This document shows, one piece after another, positions 28,201 to 40,012 of a DNA stretch of 64,000 nt; within the stretch, counting starts at the first letter, position 1; every line of letters begins with the position of its first letter. Below the pieces are notes generated by a model that had not been told where the DNA came from, made no database searches, and was given only the letters and a program-made list of their open reading frames with translations. The stretch lies in contig NOWV01000003.1 in NCBI GenBank assembly GCA_003344405.1, positions 1,054,001 through 1,118,000 of the forward strand. Reading direction: 5' to 3'. The position numbers and the translations under genes are program-made. Source of the stretch: Trichoplax sp. H2. Its lineage: Eukaryota.

Positions 28201-29401
28201 GCTTGGTAGGTATAATAAGTTCAATTTAAATTTCTGTTCTACTGTACAATTTTCTACGTTTGCAATCCCCAGTCGGCAGTAATGTAAGTACAGTACTGTA
28301 TAATATACTGTATATCGTTCAGACTCTTAAAAATGTTGTAACCGCAAAAAACACCGATCTAGTTCTGTCATTCATTTCACTAACTGTGGCGAAAATTTTA
28401 AATCCTGAAATCGAACTTAAGAGCAAAGAAACAAGTCAAGACATGTTAAGATGGTCCAGATAAATGTACATTCATCTCAAAGAGTACTACCATGGACGAC
28501 TAGAAATGATTAGTAGTCCACGCTACTACTGTACCGTAGTAATCCGGCAAGGCGTAACGGATTTTAACCTTTCCTATGGTAATCCCTCCTGGCATCATTA
28601 CCCATGCCCCAACAAAGAAACAATTATGAATATAGTGCCATAAAGAATGTGTATGGGATAAAATAAAATTACGGGTTACCTTAATCGGGCTAATAACTTT
28701 AAGCCCCGTAGAATTACTAACATAAAATGGGCGTAAACTCTTCTTACTAATTAAATTTGAACAATTTTCATTCGAGTGATTCAATTGAAACGATTAGTAC
28801 TGTAGTTTTAAATCCATTTGCAAGTTCAAGGAACGTTTTACAGTATTGCATAAATGGGCGGTGACCCCAACCATAATAAGTGTCGACGTTTACGTCGCAT
28901 ACCTTTCATGTGACGTACGATTAGATATCTAACTTAGTTTAAAGTAAGAAATTACTTCGACTATCCTTCTACAACTTTTTTAGATAATACTACCGATTTA
29001 ACGGATATTAATAAATAATAAGTTGTAAAATCAAAACATGAACGTCGATCTTTAGCGGTGACAGCACGTAGTCTAGAACGGGTTAGACGTACAATACAGT
29101 ACACTGTCATACGTAGATCATGCAGTCTAAGCGTTCTTAATCATCTAATTCTAACCTGTATGTTAACCGGATCTTTATAAGATTCATCATTTGCTATCTT
29201 CATTTGTTCATCAATCCACTCTTCCAATTCACTGACATTGCGCTTGAACCGTTGAAAATCACGGGCATCTTCTAACTTCTTTTTAAGATCTTGAGATCCA
29301 TCTTTAAATTTGTTGAAACGCTGCAGGACGCGTTCGCGTTTCTCTTTTATCTCGTCCAATCGAGGTCCTTTCTTTTTTCCTGATGCGCTAGTTGTGCTCA
29401 T
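13234..29401 (-). CDS. SPTAN1: Alpha-spectrin (non-erythrocyte type)
   Basis: Starts MSTTS...[10 protein letters not shown] with the partial N-terminal repeat. Nine spectrin repeats precede an SH3 domain (KWWKV...GFVP), followed by about 11 more repeats (e.g. [57 protein letters not shown]). It ends in EF hands ([32 protein letters not shown]) with TAA at 13234-13236. The gene has dozens of short introns and a ~3.2 kb first intron. Confidence 0.97.
27106..27300. repeat. Tandem duplication of a ~94-bp unit in spectrin intron 1
   Basis: Two near-identical copies of agtactatggtta..cttggtac.tatattg.ggac.catagaaccttg..tcctttttatttccaatatctgc.ctataattaatgaagtgt. Confidence 0.9.
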
Positions 29402-29687
29402 TTTTCTGAAAGGTTTTATTCCTAGTTTAAGTATTAATGCTATCAATGTTCTAGGTAATTGTATAAGATAGAAGAATTATAGTCAGTCCTCAAAAGCTCA
29501 CCAATTTGCCTTGCTAACTTATTAATCACTCAAACCAAAGCAGGCTATCCAACGCGTTTCACTTTCCAGTTTTGGCGTTCGGCGTGCCCACTATTTGTGA
29601 AGAGCTGCTCTTCAGCCTTTCAAGCCTACCGTATGTATTCGAGACCAGAGGGCTTTCACACCGTACGGTAGTAAAACAAAGCCAAAC

Positions 29688-30880
29688 GTACTGTACAGTA
29701 CAGTACAATACACTGTACTGTACAGTACATACTGTTGGTTAACACTGTAGGCTTACGCTATGTACACAGTACAACACCGTACTGTGTGTAGTTTACTGTA
29801 CAGTACAGTACAAGTAGCAGTACTATACTGTACACGTCCATACTGTACAGTACAGTACGTACAGCACAGTACAGTACGTACAGCACAGTACTGTACTGTA
29901 GATACTAGATACAGTTAAAAAAAAATAATTTATCGAGCAACAGAACGCCGATTGTTTTTCTTTCTTTTATAAAACTGCTCAAGCCTGAGGCCTTCTAAGC
30001 CGAAATACTGTCCTGTTGTATTATTGATTTCGCTATATGTCCTATTTACGTCTATATACTCTGCACAGTATGCGTATTCTACGCTATTTACACAGTTTTA
30101 TGTACATTGTAAAGTATTCGTATTGGTATTTATTTATTTATTTATTTATTTATATAGAACTACTGTCCTGTGGCTGTACTCTACTGTTTTCGGCATCACG
30201 TACGATTGTACGGTACTGTACAATTGTAAAGTGATATACTGTAGTCGTTGACAGCAGTAGGATGTACTAATTACTTATTAACGAAATTACAGCACTCACC
30301 GTTCGAGACGTTAAAATATGAAAAGATACTGGTGCTGCAGTACGTACTATACTATTCAGTACCGTAAAACCTTCGACAGGTGTAACTGTACACCGCGATC
30401 AGTGAGTGTACAGAGTACTGCACACTATGCATACAGTAGTACAAACACAGAAGAAGAAAAATGCGTAAAAACGCCAAAAGGTCTGCTGAAAAAGCATACT
30501 GTACAGTATACAGCATGGTAAACCGTAATAAACTACTGTACTGTAATGCACTTCGGCCGCTATTTATTCACTTTTGTATACTGATAGATACGATAGATCA
30601 ATACAAAGAATAATAACTTTAGAAAACCAGTTTATAAAATGTTGAGACGGAAATGAAATAAATAAAATGTGACAAGTTGCAGATATTAATTTGTAGTTTG
30701 TACAAAGTTTTTACATACTGTACAGTGTACAGTACGACCTTAGTTGGGTTACGGTGTATAGTACTGTATGCGGCATACTGTACACTGTAGGGCGCTACTG
30801 GGGTAGTCGCCTCAGTGCGCCTGTGCTGTACAGTACTGTAGTTTGAGATTCAAGTTTGAGTACTGTACAGTACTGTACGT
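29688..30880. promoter_or_regulatory. Bidirectional promoter region (spectrin / P2X) with dense TACTGTA/TACAGTA arrays
   Basis: Lies between the divergent start codons at 29401 (-) and 31024 (+). It contains many copies of tactgta/tacagta/ctgtacag, densest at 29688-29900 and 30715-30880. Confidence 0.6.
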
Positions 30881-31023
30881 TTGTAGTAATTAATCTTCAT
30901 GCGCAGAATCTCGGTGAGGAAATCGGAACGCTGCCATGAGTTACTGTAATATCGACTGTACCGAACCTTTAATTCCCTGGAAGACAGTCAACAGAGGCCT
31001 AGAAAGCAGAATCTCTTTTAAAG

Positions 31024-34000
31024 ATGGAAAACTGTTGCAATAGATTCGCGGATTTGGCTCTGGATTACAATACACCTAAAATTATTCATATTAAAAGCAA
31101 AGTTGTTGGATTTATAAATAGATTCATTCAACTTGCTATTGTTGGTTATATCATCGGGTAAGAAACATTAAACTGTAGGCAATCATTGCTAGTGCTCAAG
31201 TTTCGTATTAATTATAATAATTATTATTATAATTAACTTCATCAATTATGATTATTTAAACGATATCAAAATGGATGCTTTACTTGCAACTTGCCGTCGA
31301 AAATTAGAATGAATGAAACTGTTACACATTAAGATAATCTTAATGTTAATGTATTATAGTATAAGATTACATAGATATCAATTAAGTATTAGCTTGTACT
31401 GTATTTAAATTTTTAAATTCAGTTGTATGAGTAATCGATTACCTGGACAGCTAGGTAAATGCATGATGTCATCGTAGTGTAGCTTTGGCTCATCCCATAC
31501 ATTTTTTTCTTTTATCGTTTTATGATTGGCACTTTCACAAAGTTCTTGGTGAATTTTTTGAGACAATGCATAAATTCATTAATTTTTCCTCAGTGCTAGA
31601 TGCTTGCTGTATAATATATCATAAGACTTTATCGCTTTTACTAATTGTACGATCTTTACGTTAGATATGTTCTAGTTTATAAGAAAGGTTATCAAGAATT
31701 TGATACTGCTCAAAATTCTGTAACATCTAAAGTTAAAGGTGTAGCTTTTGTAAACTATACTAAAGATCCCAACATTGGAACAAGGGTATGGGATCCAGCC
31801 GACTATATAATTCCTCCTGAGGTACACTTAATCTATTTTAAATTTACTGGAAAGTGAGACTTTACGATAGTTTTATGGACAGTAATTTAATGTAGGAGAC
31901 CCATGTTCAGCTTTGACCAATTCTACGAGTATTAATACACCTACTACCGTATCAATATATTCAACTCGTATCTATTAAAGGCATACACGCTTATTACTAA
32001 CCCTAACCAATTTTTTAAAAATTGTTACTGTTTAACATAGGAAAATGGGGCCTTTTTCGTCATGACCAACATGATTATTACTAAGAATCAAACAAATACA
32101 GTATGTCCCGAGGTAAGGCTTACTTAATGTGGCAGAATATATTATTTGTACCTTATAATCTCATTATAAATCATACTACATGATGACGAATAACTAGTAA
32201 TCATACTTGCAGGATATGTCCATTCGCGGAGCAAACTGTACTGATTCTACTGACTGCATACCTGGTAAACATTTATACCTAGGACATGGTAATGCTACAA
32301 GATCAACTTCGATACATATTGTTTGCATTGTTACATTTAAGTAGCCTAACTATACGTGTACGGTGCCCTAGAGTGATAATGGATAAATATAAATCTTAGT
32401 GATGTTTACCTATGAGTTTCCTATTTATTCGAGTGACGAGAAATAATGTGAACTGTATCACCATGTTCGATACTCCTATTATACTTTAGGCGTTAACACA
32501 GGGGAGTGTGTACCTGTGTCACCGGATTCAGACGAAATGACTTGTGAAATTTATTCTTGGTGTCCGCTCGAATATGATCATCTTCGGTAAATTGAAGCTC
32601 TAATGTTTTGTAATTAGTCATTTAATAAATAATCTCCAAAAATTACGTCGGTTCATTTATTGCTTAGGACCAATTACCCCTTCCTGGGAGAAGCGGCAAA
32701 TTTTACAGTATTAATCAAGAATAGTATTGCCTTTCCAAAATTTAACGTTCGAAGGTCAAATACAGTTGTTCATATATTCTTTTGATATGTTTTATGTGTA
32801 GTAACATCAATGTTTTTGCCTATTCAAAGGAGTAACATAGATGCCGTTAAAAATAGCGAAGACTTGAAGCATTGCATGTACGATCCCGTCCACGATGCTC
32901 TATGTCCAATTCTTAAACTTGGAACTATAGTTAATAGCGCGGAGCAGGATTTTAATAAAATTGCCTATAAGGTAATAAAATAGAGTATACAGCTGTCAAG
33001 TGACCACAATCTCATTGAAGTAGAGTTTTATTGAATAAGACCTTCTTATTCCTGTATATAGATACTCTAGTGTTTAGTTTCAGCTTTAAACTTTGCATCG
33101 AGCTTTTGCTCAATATTCATCTGATTGTTCATATTATAGGGAGGAGTTATCGCAATTATATTGAACTGGGACTGTAATCTGGACTTTGATATAAGGAACT
33201 GTCAACCTAAGTTAACCTTCAGAAGGTATAAAATTACGATAGCATGGTTGAGGAGTAAAAAGCTCAAAGTAATAAGAAATATTATAATTGTAACTATAAT
33301 TAAAAATTTTTATACATCGGTAATTTACTCTAAACTGTTAAAGACTTGATGACCCCCATGCTCCGACGGCTGTTGGATATAACTTTAGGTATCTTGATAC
33401 TTACTGTAATTTGTATCATAAAATGCTTCTATTTAATTTCGACTTACGTAAAAAGTATGCAAATTAACCGAGTTCCATCTTCATATATTTAGATACCCAA
33501 TTTATTATGAGGTCAATAACAAGTTACATCGGGATCTTATTAAGGCTTATGGAATTAGATTTGTTTTTATAATTGTTGGTCGGGTAAGTGAGATATATCG
33601 GTATTGTACATTGCTTTTTCTGTTAATTCCATTTATTTGCAAAGTAACGTTGGAGTAACGTTAAATCGATAAGTATTATTAGGATTTTACCGTTAAGCCT
33701 ACTGGTTTGCATATTCTACTGCCATCATAAAGTTGATGTAAATTAATACATGTTTGTAGTAAATTTTCTTCATTCGGTTTGTATAGGCCGGGAGATTCTC
33801 TGTTGTTCCACTGCTTCTGAATATTGGTTCCGGGCTTGCCTTGTTGGCCATTGTAAGCTGATTTTTAAATTTTGATTATTGGGTTGTATGTCTAAATACT
33901 AATTTACTGTATATTTTACTCGTTTAGGCATCTGTAATATCGGATGTTGTGATCCTATATGTATTGAAAAGACGACAATATTATAGATCTAAAAAATATC

Positions 34001-34056
34001 AAACGGTGTCTCCATTTGATGATGACAGTCCGTTATTACAAGAGGACGTGGAATAA
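31024..34056 (+). CDS. P2RX: P2X purinoceptor (ATP-gated cation channel), 12 coding exons
   Basis: Spliced translation has YNTPK (YxTxK), TM1, SKVKG, WDPADY, the Cys-rich ectodomain (CEIYSWCP, NFTVLIKN, CPILKLG, WDCNLD), GYNFR, IKAYGIRF, AGRFSVVPLLLNIGSGLALL (TM2) and YRSKK (YxxxK). Stop TAA is at 34054-34056. Confidence 0.97.
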
Positions 34057-36350
34057 CCTAGTAATCCAATAAATCGTTATTTTTGTGGTCTTTGACAAAT
34101 AATAATTAGCGATAGCTATATTCTCCTACTACTCTACATCGAGCATTAGTGCGAATGCGATGTTGTATATGTACGGATGTTAATAATTTACTGAATAATA
34201 TCACCTCTTTTTGAACTTAACATGAGGAGGAAATTCCTCTTGTGGTAGCAGCGTAGCAACTGTATAAAGCCAAACTGCATTATACGCTAGAATTACATAA
34301 AGTGTACATAACAGTACTGTAAGGATTAAGTTTACGAGACACTTATGATAGTAGTTTATCATGAGGCATTAGTCGGTATGTTAATCTTGTAGTATGATGG
34401 TTGAGATTTTACTTCTTAGACGATCTCACAATATTATGCGCTATTAGATATCACGGATGATTAGCATTAGTAAATACGTGCATTATTTTGGGTATATCAA
34501 AGGTAAACTCTGTTATTATTCTAAGATATGGGAGGCCATATCAAGTAAGACTGATAGTATAGTAAATAGTGTAAAGTGAATCAAAATTTTACAGCATTTT
34601 TGCATTGATACCTATATTATCCGAAATTTAATAACGTAAGTAATCTAACGATATTTGTAGCGAAATTACTTAGGATCTACTACAAGAAAGATTTCTGTAA
34701 TACTCTATACAGATGCACAAATATCCTATCTTTCATAATGGTCTTAATTGTCGTTAACTTTTGATTAATAAAATTACACGTACAAATATTCGTAGGCTAT
34801 GTACCTGCTATTAAATTAAATTAAGTATAACACTGTGCGATTAGCTAATTAGTAATAGAATAAATTAACGAGCACGTTAGAAGCATCACTCTTATTATAT
34901 CATTAAGCTAGTGTTAAGATTCAATTATGTAGAAAAGATCTTCATGTGTACAATTTGCTTTTCGTATGGCTAATTAAACTGCAAAATTTGTGTCTATACA
35001 ATATTAATTTAAAAAACTTTATGGATTCTTCTTTATATCACTACTATCTACCAGTCTAAGGGTTCGCGAAAATATATCGTGATATTCCTCCGATATAAGA
35101 TAAATCATTGATACCAAATATATACTAGTGTATTTGAAAAACTACTCTGAATCAAAAATATTATAATGATTTTTATGCGCTATTAGTGATACCTGGGAGC
35201 TATAGTCATTAGAAAATTAGTATTATAGCATTAGGCTACAAATTTGTATTGGCCTCCTTACTATTTACAGGTATGACATAGTGATTAGTGAGAGCATGAC
35301 GATCGCGAGCTATACGCAACTCCCTCATATTAGTTTATAATAATTACACCTATACTTACGTTTTTTATGTGCGTTGATACTCAGTACTATAGCATACAAT
35401 ATCATTTCATAACCGTATAGTTTATAGGATGTATTTATTAATAGACGAATACTCATTTTTCATACCAATTCGAAACAATGGAAGACTTGTCTAGTATAAA
35501 ATTCTTCTTGTCAGCTCTTTCAATAGAACATATCTTTTGTTTAAGGGAGAAGTATTTTTTATTCATCATAATATTAAGTATACAGTACTGGATCTGATTG
35601 TTAATTTACGCATACAATACTTACGCTATATTGTTATACATATTGCATAGTTAGAATAATTTCGAAAATAGTGCTATAGATCGATCAGTTAGTTGCATTA
35701 AGTAGTTATACAGTAAATAATAGATGCTATAGCGAAACACAGATCGAAGTACTTAGATAATAGGGGTAGAGTTCTAGGATTATAACTGCCTTGTCTGACT
35801 ATTTAAATTTAGAATTACGTTACTTATATTCCTGGCACCTATAAAATTGATCGATTATTCTTTCTACCATTTCCAACTGAGTTTAGATATAATAAAAGTT
35901 GCCCGATCCTATGGAATGAAAATGATACACATAATATGAATTTTCTTTCAGGCGACTTCTTATAGAAAAGAAAAATCGGCAGAGGGAAGGATTACGTGCA
36001 AAGTTTTTTTGCACTGCCGAACACGATTAATTGTTTAAAATCTTAACCTGGGTATGTCTACTTTGAGTAACAAATATCGATTTAGCAAAGAATTACAAAG
36101 TACCTTTATGAAATTGACATGCTTACGTATTTATCACAATTTTTTTCTAACTGTTTTACTTCTAACTCACCTATAAATGTTTGTATATACAGTACTTCTA
36201 TATTCTAGGCTTCGATAATATTTTTTTTTTGAATGAATAGTTTAAAATCTAAAAGACTTCAATCCGTAAATGTACTAAAAATTGTGTACAATTTGAACTA
36301 GATAGTTTGACTTATCTATTTTGTTCGCGATAGTATCGATCGATTTTTCA

Positions 36351-39182
36351 ATGCCGGCCTATAACATAGCGGTGATTGGAAGTGGATCTCTTGGTTCTAA
36401 AATAGCAGGTAATAGCAGTTATGAAGAATTATTGCGCTAACACTTTAACTTTACCTACAGTATTCTACTTCTTTAGCAAGCATACAATATTAGAAATACG
36501 AAATGTTATAAAAGTAAATTCTGGTACTGTAAGAAGTAATAGTTTAGATATTAAAAACTTATTTCCATAATATACTATTTTAAGTCGCACATTTTATATA
36601 CTTGGTCAAAACCTAAGTTCTATTCTCCGTATGAAGATTCTTAATATAAATACCAGTCAATTTTAACATTATAACGAGTTGTTATACAATTGAGATATAG
36701 TTACAGTAATGAGTAAATTTGGCATAGTTATTAGAAGCGGGACTTATCTAATTGTCATGTATTTTAACTACTTTAGGTAGTACGCTACGATAATTATGCA
36801 CGAGTTAGCTAATTTTGATAGTATCAAGAATTAATATACAGCTAAATAAGGCTCAGAATAAATGGTCAGAATTTTCCTGATTGCATTTGAAGGACGATAC
36901 AGCGTATACTTAGAATTAATAAATACGTTGGTTGTTAAGATACATTTTGGCAGTAGCAATCATCTATAAAATGTAATGGAGTAAATAATTTTATCGTTAT
37001 TACCCGCATCTGTACTGCGGAAACAAAAAAGCGATTAACGATATTGAAACAAAAAGAATACATAGCAAATTGGCATTTACAAGTATAATTCAATTGTCGA
37101 ATTTCAGGTGAGTTGGCTTTTAATAGCCAAAATGTTAAGTTGTATGTTCACAAAGGCGATGATAAAACCATGGATTCAGTATGGATGACATTAGCTAAAG
37201 ATAAAGAAGAACTAAAAAAAGAAGGCATATTACATCGTGATAATTTCCTGGTTAGTAAATTTGACTAGAAATTTAATATTCGGGCAGTGCTGATTTTGGA
37301 ACTCTTTTCATCAAACAATTTATATCACAGTCCTTAGATATGAATAATTTTTGAAATTCTAGTTTTTACTCAGTAGAATATTTACATATTTACATCGTTA
37401 TGAAATACTGCAATGCCTGGTTACTTATGTTTAATTCATTATAGACTTTCACAAAGTGATATCATTACTCGATAATTATTATGATATAAAATAATAAAGC
37501 CGTACTCTTCTAATAGCGAACTTTCTTAATACAGGGTAATATCATTTTAACTAATGTGTTGACCGAAGCAGTAAAAAATGCCGATTTTGTTTTTGAAGCT
37601 GCAGTCGATGATACTGATGTTAAGCGATCTATACTAGATAGTAAGTTCGATTTTTGAGTATGTATTGTTTATGAATTTATAATTTACTGATACTTATTGA
37701 GAGAGAATTGGCTGATAGTTCTAATCAAGTAAATTAATTGTTAATCGCATATCGATATATTCTCTGTGCCCACAGTCAACCTAATTATTTTATTCGCCTT
37801 ATTCTTAGGAATATCGCATATGAGTCGACATGACACCATTATTGCCTCTAATACTATTCGATTAGACATTAATGATTTGGCTCAGTACGCTGAATACCCT
37901 GAAAGAGTGATCGGCCTACGATTCTTATACCCTGTATATTGTATTCCTGAGGTAGAATTAACTACGACTGATTGTACAGCACCGTATGCTGTAGAGAAAG
38001 GTATGTCAATCATTTCATTACTCTAAACCAGTATGCATGTAGAGAATATAATCTGAAGGTGGCATTACTATGAGTGTTCATCAAGTACAGTATATGCATA
38101 ATCAACTTTCAATAAACTTTCTTTCTGCATTAAAGAAATTATATATTCATAGTGTAATATATGCAGTAAATAAGCTGTGTAACACATTAACAGGGCTGAT
38201 TGTATAGATATTGATTTAAATACAATAGATATAATATTTAAATCTATCGATCAAGTTCTTATGGGTTTTCCTATCTTTTTGATGTTATATTGTATTATAG
38301 TCAAAACGCTGTTAACAGAAATAGGAAAAACCCTACTTCCCAGATCTGGATCGCCGCTAGTCCTTAGTCCCCTTCAGATAGAAGCCAGGGTAATTGCTAA
38401 GCGTAACCGTATTGAAGAAACTAGAAGAAGAGCATTAACCACAGGAGAAACGTCTGACGTTAAAGGTAGCTACTCAATGATTATCGTAATCTAATAATTA
38501 TTATGTTTGAAAGCGCTCTTAGCGATATCTGGTCACGAAATCCTGTTCGAGCTCAAATATAACCACTGCATTAATATTGTTAAGAGTCTTTAATTATGAG
38601 ATTATATAAAGATTTTGGACGCTTGTTACAAAGTAATAGGAACATTCTAATAAAGATATTTTTACTTTCATATGAAGTCTTCTTTTACAGACATAGTCGC
38701 ACTGTACACATGCTATAGTTTGCTTAGGTTTGTCGTCAGTAATGCCTGGCTTTTTTAGCCCTTTTGGATGATATACCTTGTTACACAGGCGCCTATTTCA
38801 TTTTCATTAATAAGACATAAAGGATTATTTAATACTTATTCTATAGTCTATACCCATACTTTGATCACTCAATAGGTGTTTTATATTTTAGTACTGTACA
38901 ATCATATATCACACTTAAGGTTTGCGCGATAGTTCTAGGTGTATGAAAATGTTTACTATTATCCCAATCACATGAATATTTTTTAAATATTATCTCAAAT
39001 TCGTTTTTATTTTAGAGAAAGAGTGTGCAATTTGTATGGATAAACCAAGAAATTGTGTCTTTAGGCCGTGTAATCACATGTGTAGTTGTATAGATTGTGC
39101 AAAGATCGTCAAGAAAAGAAGTGATGGATGTCCGATTTGTCGTAAAAGAATAACCGAGGTCTTAAGAGTATTTCAATCTTAA
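36351..39182 (+). CDS. 3-hydroxyacyl-CoA dehydrogenase-like NAD-binding domain fused to a C-terminal C3HC4 RING finger (~276 aa)
   Basis: Exons 36351-36408, 37108-37250, 37535-37640, 37809-38000, 38301-38465 and 39016-39182, with consistent phases. Dehydrogenase motifs: IAVIGSGSLGSKIA, ADFVFEAAVDDTDVK, IIASNT, PERVIGLRFLYP. RING: CAICMDKPRNCVFRPCNHMCSCIDCAK...CPICRKRI. Confidence 0.88.
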
Positions 39183-40012
39183 AAATTAGTTCATTTTTAT
39201 TCACTTATTTCTGGCATAATAGTCTAGGTTTTACCTTTGTGTACTCTTTATTTTGCTATCGTTGAAGTGTAATGTAATATGACTGTAAGCTTGCAGTCTA
39301 ACGTATAGATTCACCAATTGTATCTGAGTAAAGTTTTTACCAGGTCCATTCGTGTATATATATATTTAAAGGTAATGCAGTGAAAGTTAAAATAATAGAA
39401 AGTCAGCTAAACATTACCATACATGAATCTTTTCATCATCATCTACGCAGCATAATACGGTATAAAATGCCGAGATGAGGCAAATTTAGAAAAAAATTGT
39501 CGTAGAAATTTTACTGATCTAACTTAACTTGCTAAACGTAAAGGTGCTTCCTTTTGCTAATAACTAAAATCATATTATTACCATTATTAAGCGGTCTATA
39601 TGTTCATTTTATGTGAATTCTTATCACTATATGCTCGCGTGGCATAACACTTCCAATAAATCTTTATAAATCTTATAGATCAAAGCGAAATGCTATTAAA
39701 TTTCTGATTAAGAATTAGTCGTATATTGAATACAAGATACAATTTACGAGTATACTATAATAACATATGTAAAATATGATGTATTAAAAAACAAAGTAGC
39801 ATTATATTGTTTAGGGAAATTGAATATATAGAGGGTTAGAATAAGCTAAACAATTATCTGCAATGTTGATGAAAGTAAATTCAGCTCACGAACAGAATAA
39901 ATATTATTTATCAAATGTATGATTATATTCATAAATTTAATTTTATATATCGTATGTTTTAGTCTTATATGTATATATCCATATGATCGAGCGTACGACT
40001 AGTGAAGGTTAA

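Noticed and set aside
28500..28784. 94-aa minus-strand ORF in spectrin intron 1
   Set aside because: Non-ATG start, no domain similarity and no supporting splice pattern.
38728..38790. Possible extra exon between the dehydrogenase linker and the RING
   Set aside because: It would need a weak GC donor. Direct splicing 38465 to 39016 is already in phase.
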